The notes under the pieces are model-generated. The model was not told where the DNA came from and ran no database searches. It worked only from the letters and a program-made list of their open reading frames with translations. Positions 47,807-51,536 of a stretch of DNA of 51,536 nucleotides are shown here, piece after piece. The first letter of the stretch is position 1, and each line of letters opens with the position of its first letter. The translations under genes were made by a program, and so were the position numbers. The stretch spans positions 29,423 through 80,958 of the forward strand of contig MHIE01000003.1 of NCBI GenBank assembly GCA_001817345.1, in the 5' to 3' direction. The stretch is from Candidatus Buchananbacteria bacterium RIFCSPHIGHO2_01_FULL_44_11. GTDB lineage: Bacteria > Patescibacteriota > Patescibacteriia > Buchananbacterales > UBA6539.

Positions 47807-48751
47807 TCAGTCTTTTTTTAAGGGATGAAATTTACCATGGGTTTCTTCGGCGTATCTGTCCGAAGCGTGGACATAACGGGTGGTGGTGTCCAGTGACTCG
47901 TGGCCCAATAAAATTTGGATCGCCGCCGGATTGGCGCCGTTTTCGGCTAAATAAGTCGCAAAACCGTGGCGCAGGCCGTGAGCCGAAATCGGAATGTTGA
48001 TTTTTAGTTTCTCCCGGTAAAACTTAATTCGTTCTTGCAAATAATTAGTCGAAATCCGTCGTTTATATGCGGCTTTATCATTAGCGTTACTACCGCGATA
48101 GGGAATAAACAGCGCCTGCAAATTATCAGTCCGGTGTTTCAGGTAACTATTGAGATGATTGAACGCCCGGGGTGTCATATAGACAAAACGCTGCTTTTTG
48201 CCTTTACCTTGGATAAAAATCCGACCGGTATGATCAATGTGGGCCCGATTCAGACTTAGCAACTCGGAAATACGCATGCCAGTTGAGAAAAGCATTTCCA
48301 GCATCGCTCGGTTTCGATCGGCCACCGCTTTATTATTTTCCAGAACGCTGGGTGATTCGATCAGTTTCACCAGTTCATCCATTTCAGCGACGTGAGCGTG
48401 CTTGCGTTCGGTTTTGACCAATTTAACTGCTTCGGGCGGAATTGGTGTTTTAATATCCATTTCAATCAAATACTTTAAATACGAACGTAAACTGGATAAA
48501 AAACGGTTTAAGGAATAGCTTTGCAGTTTTTTATGAGTCACTTGATCTTCGGCGGTTTTCCGGTCAATGGAATTTAAATAAGCTTTGTAGCGGTTAATCG
48601 CCTGCTTATCAACCTTAGAAAAGGGGATAGCCGTCTCTGTAAGGAAATTTTCAAAAACTTTCAAATCCCGTTCATAATTATAAACAGTTTCATCGGAATA
48701 ATGTTTATCCAAAAGATGCTGATGAAAACTGGCAAGGTAAGGTAAATTCAT
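47807..48751 (-). CDS. Xer-like tyrosine recombinase (downstream copy)
   Basis: N-terminal SAM-like domain; LFSTGMRISEL, GKGKKQR, HGLRHGFAT, LLGH, TTTRYVH (catalytic R-K-H-R-H-Y intact). Confidence 0.93.
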   Translation of the reverse strand: MNLPYLASFHQHLLDKHYSDETVYNYERDLKVFENFLTETAIPFSKVDKQAINRYKAYLNSIDRKTAEDQVTHKKLQSYSLNRFLSSLRSYLKYLIEMDIKTPIPPEAVKLVKTERKHAHVAEMDELVKLIESPSVLENNKAVADRNRAMLEMLFSTGMRISELLSLNRAHIDHTGRIFIQGKGKKQRFVYMTPRAFNHLNSYLKHRTDNLQALFIPYRGSNANDKAAYKRRISTNYLQERIKFYREKLKINIPISAHGLRHGFATYLAENGANPAAIQILLGHESLDTTTRYVHASDRYAEETHGKFHPLKKD

Positions 48752-48753
48752 AC

Positions 48754-49263
48754 TCAAAATGTTTCAAATTCAAGTAAAGTGCGCTCAGCCGGAATGCATA
48801 GAAAAATACAGTTCTTCATTGTCGAAAGATTAATCCACATCTTATAGATTGATACCGTCCCAACTTCGACATACAAGTCTTTTTTACCGTCATAAAATAC
48901 CCCCAAGTCGGCACGACCGTTATTTAAAATTGGTTCAGTTGTTACATCAAAACCCTGTGTCGTAAAATATGTATCAATCATATTCATCATACCCTGATGC
49001 CATTCTTTACCATGCTTATGCTTGGTATCACCCAATTTCGAAGATTCTCCCCAGAAATTAGCTTTGTAATTATCCAATTTACGTGCTTTAATTTTTCCAC
49101 TAACAATCATTAAAGCAATCTGTCGATAAGCAAATTCATCACAATGCTGACAACTATCACGACTACCCCACGAAGCAATAAGTTTTTTTAACCAGCTAAT
49201 TTCATCCGAAATCTTTTTTTCGACAATATGCCAAGGTAAATCTGTTCGTCTAACTTGATTCAT
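48754..49263 (-). CDS. Hypothetical protein with a PD-(D/E)xK-like nuclease motif
   Basis: H...GFDVTTE..GRADLGV...YVEVG pattern; CxxC (CQHC); AT-rich. Confidence 0.5.
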   Translation of the reverse strand: MNQVRRTDLPWHIVEKKISDEISWLKKLIASWGSRDSCQHCDEFAYRQIALMIVSGKIKARKLDNYKANFWGESSKLGDTKHKHGKEWHQGMMNMIDTYFTTQGFDVTTEPILNNGRADLGVFYDGKKDLYVEVGTVSIYKMWINLSTMKNCIFLCIPAERTLLEFETF

Positions 49264-49275
49264 TTCAATAGCTAA

Positions 49276-49743
49276 TTAAATTAATCTAAATAAAAAAAAT
49301 AAAACTAGGATAGAGCCAGAAACATACAAAAAGTTAATGAGATGAAAAATTGGATCACTAGCTTTGGGTTCTTTTTTGGTAATCTTTTTGTAGTCATTTG
49401 CCTCTGTTCCATCCAATTGTTCCCCTTGCTGAACTTTATAAAAAAAATAATATTTTCGTTTTAATTGAGACAATTCAAGAGATGAAATATACCAAAAATA
49501 TAATGGTATCGCAACAAAATTAATTGAAATCATTGCAAGTCCAACCAAAGCGAAATTTGAGACAGTGGTTATAAATTTTTGAACAACTAAAGTTATGATG
49601 CCCACCGCCTGAACTGTGCTAGTTGTATAAACTGAAATTAGAAACTTACGCCGCATATTGAGAGATTTCAAACCTATGTCGGCAATATCAGCAATATTTT
49701 TTTCAAGATTCTCATGATTAAAAGTATATAATTTATTGTTCAT
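49276..49743 (-). CDS. AT-rich hypothetical membrane protein (about 3 TM)
   Basis: Two adjacent hydrophobic helices plus a C-terminal one; composition differs from the core genes. Confidence 0.6.
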   Translation of the reverse strand: MNNKLYTFNHENLEKNIADIADIGLKSLNMRRKFLISVYTTSTVQAVGIITLVVQKFITTVSNFALVGLAMISINFVAIPLYFWYISSLELSQLKRKYYFFYKVQQGEQLDGTEANDYKKITKKEPKASDPIFHLINFLYVSGSILVLFFLFRLI

Positions 49744-49778
49744 ATAGTTTAGTACTTCTTTCAACCAATTACAAAAAA

Positions 49779-50750
49779 TTATTTTTTTAATTTCCTGCCA
49801 CTGTGAAAAGCCCGATGGACATCCCGCAAATGCTGGCTGGTGACATGCGTATAAATCTGTGTTGTCACAATATTGCGATGACCCAAAAATTCCTGAATGG
49901 TGCGCAAATCAACACCCTGCTCAAGCAGATCGGTGGCATAAGAATGTCGCAGCGTGTGCGGCGTTGTACTGATAGGTAAACCAGCAATTTTAACGTAGTC
50001 TTTGATTAAACGCTCCACCGAGCGTGTTGTCAACCGTTTCGTCTCGGCCTTTTTATCTTTGCGAAAATTTACAAACAATGCTGGATCAAAGTCTTTTCTA
50101 AGACTCAAATAGCGGTCAAGCGCCTCAAGTGCCCGTGGGGAGAAGTAAACGGTCCGGGTGTAGCCTCCTTTACCGGTAATGGGTAATTCTAAATCAGTGA
50201 CACCTCTTTTTTTGATATATTCAATATTAATTTGGTCTCGATTTAAAGCCACCAATTCACCAACACGCATTCCGGTACTAAATAATACTTCCAAAATTGC
50301 TCCGTCACGTAGATCAATAATTGTTTTTCCGGCAGGGGATAGGAGTAGGCGCTCGACCTGATCAATACTTAAAAAAGAGACTTTTTTGACACTTTTTTCA
50401 CGAACCAAAATTATTTTATCTGCCGGCAAAGCGACGATGTCCTTTGCGGCAAAGTATGTTAAAAGTGCTCGCAAAGCAATTAAATAATAATTTTGAGTCG
50501 TTTTTTTTAAATATCGTCCGTCCTTAGGGCTTTTGCTACGGGATAGAAAGAGGCGATAGCGATAAATGTGCTCACTAGTTAACTCGTGAGGTTTAAGGTT
50601 ATCCAAGCCTTCTTTAATTAGCCAATCGGTAAAACGTTTTAAAAATCGCCCATAATTCTCAACGCTGTTCGAAGACAACCCTTTAACAACATCACTATAA
50701 TCCAAAAAGTCCGTAATATGCTTTACTAGAGGAGTAGCAGATTTATTCAT
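49779..50750 (-). CDS. Xer-like tyrosine recombinase (upstream copy, XerC/D-like)
   Basis: LFSTGMRVGEL, TGKGG, TPHTLRHSYAT, DLRTIQEFLGH, TTQIYTHV. Confidence 0.94.
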   Translation of the reverse strand: MNKSATPLVKHITDFLDYSDVVKGLSSNSVENYGRFLKRFTDWLIKEGLDNLKPHELTSEHIYRYRLFLSRSKSPKDGRYLKKTTQNYYLIALRALLTYFAAKDIVALPADKIILVREKSVKKVSFLSIDQVERLLLSPAGKTIIDLRDGAILEVLFSTGMRVGELVALNRDQINIEYIKKRGVTDLELPITGKGGYTRTVYFSPRALEALDRYLSLRKDFDPALFVNFRKDKKAETKRLTTRSVERLIKDYVKIAGLPISTTPHTLRHSYATDLLEQGVDLRTIQEFLGHRNIVTTQIYTHVTSQHLRDVHRAFHSGRKLKK

Positions 50751-50752
50751 AT

Positions 50753-50780
50753 ACGTCTATTAACCTATATTATGCGACAT
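50753..50780. other. dif-like 28-bp recombination site (11-6-11)
   Basis: ACGTCTATTAA-CCTATA-TTATGCGACAT; arms are 7/11 inverted, with TAA/TTA flanking a 6-bp spacer; TTATGCG matches the E. coli dif XerC arm. Confidence 0.65.
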
Positions 50781-50787
50781 TACTATT

Positions 50788-50816
50788 ATTTTATAAAACA
50801 GCCCAAAATCAGTCAA
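50788..50816 (-). promoter_or_regulatory. Promoter of the recombinase operon
   Basis: TTGACT-17-TAAAAT on the minus strand; DnaA box TTATCCACA at 50823-50831. Confidence 0.7.
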
Positions 50817-50822
50817 CTGGAC

Positions 50823-51536
50823 TTATCCACATAAAGCCTGAATTTCTGATTCCAGACGAATTAATTTATTGCCCTCTAGACCCAAGCGCTTGAATTGATT
50901 CTGATAATTAAGCAGGTCTTTGCATAAAACCACACCTTGGCTTAAAAAATAGCGTTTCTGATCGTTATTTAAGGTCACTAGACTAGTCAACGGGTATAAA
51001 CCTTCAGCTTCGACAAAATTCTGCAAACTTGAGCCGGCCGGATAATCCCAGCTGGTAACTTTAACCCCGGCGCAAAGACCGTATTTTCTGACTTCACTGG
51101 TGACTTTGGTGTTAGTGACAAGCCAGCTTTGCAATTCCCCGCTTTGGGGCTTAGCCCCGATTTTACGTTTTGCGACCCATGCGTTATTAATATCCATGAA
51201 CCGAGCATGGGTGTATAAAATGTCTTTACTGCCGGTTTTAGCACCCGGTCTGACATGGAATTTACATTCAACGATGGCGTGGATGTTTTCTGCCGGAATT
51301 TCCGCGACGACGTCAATTTCATGGCTTAAACAGCGGCCCTGGAAAATCTGATTAATCTGAACCTGGTAACCTTGTTTTTCCAATAAAGCGGCAAAATATT
51401 TCTCAAACGGAAAGCCGCTTGGCCCCAAAGCCATAATCGCCCGCTTCAAATTATACCGAGCGGCATAATGAGCGCCGCTGGCTTTCAGCAAACTAAAAGC
51501 CAGCCGATAAATAGTAGATGTACTCATACCCGGCCG
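50823..51536 (-). CDS. Mrr-like restriction endonuclease family protein (probably ATP-cone fused), truncated by the window end
   Basis: LGPSGFPFEKY, HEIDVVA, VECKFH, LVTNT; the frame stays open to the window edge. Confidence 0.8.
   Translation of the reverse strand, partial: RPGMSTSTIYRLAFSLLKASGAHYAARYNLKRAIMALGPSGFPFEKYFAALLEKQGYQVQINQIFQGRCLSHEIDVVAEIPAENIHAIVECKFHVRPGAKTGSKDILYTHARFMDINNAWVAKRKIGAKPQSGELQSWLVTNTKVTSEVRKYGLCAGVKVTSWDYPAGSSLQNFVEAEGLYPLTSLVTLNNDQKRYFLSQGVVLCKDLLNYQNQFKRLGLEGNKLIRLESEIQALCG

Noticed and set aside
47807-50750. Integron with gene cassettes
   Set aside because: No attC-like palindromes in the very short gaps, no IntI-specific insertion evident, and the cargo is co-oriented between two recombinases

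Overview
Chromosomal segment of a Patescibacteria (CPR)-type bacterium, inferred from gene content, the near absence of Shine-Dalgarno motifs on core genes and CPR-typical protein architectures; genetic code 11. Mostly housekeeping: three tRNAs, ftsEX, yidC, secD (with an inserted parvulin domain), secF, ugd, CIRCE-controlled clpB, mnmA, alaS, the infA-rpmJ-rpsM-rpsK-rpsD-rpoA-rplQ-rplM-rpsI operon, a surface-glycan cluster, def/fmt, gltX, M23 peptidases and sdpRI. The less ordinary features are: (1) at the right end, two tandem Xer-like tyrosine recombinases enclosing two AT-rich cargo genes, with an 11-6-11 dif-like site filling the 5' UTR of the first recombinase; (2) beside it, about 600 nt of ORF-poor, densely base-paired sequence that looks like a large structured ncRNA; (3) a promoter-driven ~210-nt rod-shaped RNA candidate (6S-like); (4) an intact tRNA-Gln nested inside a fragmented copy of itself, split by GC-clamped hairpin insertions of a kind seen elsewhere in the window; (5) several self-contained promoter-RBS-gene-terminator cassettes, including a galK with one in-frame TGA; (6) an RpoA whose alpha-CTD is replaced by a duplicated Lys/Glu tail. 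No CRISPR array, rRNA, transposase or prophage was seen. All calls are by eye, with no database searches or folding software.
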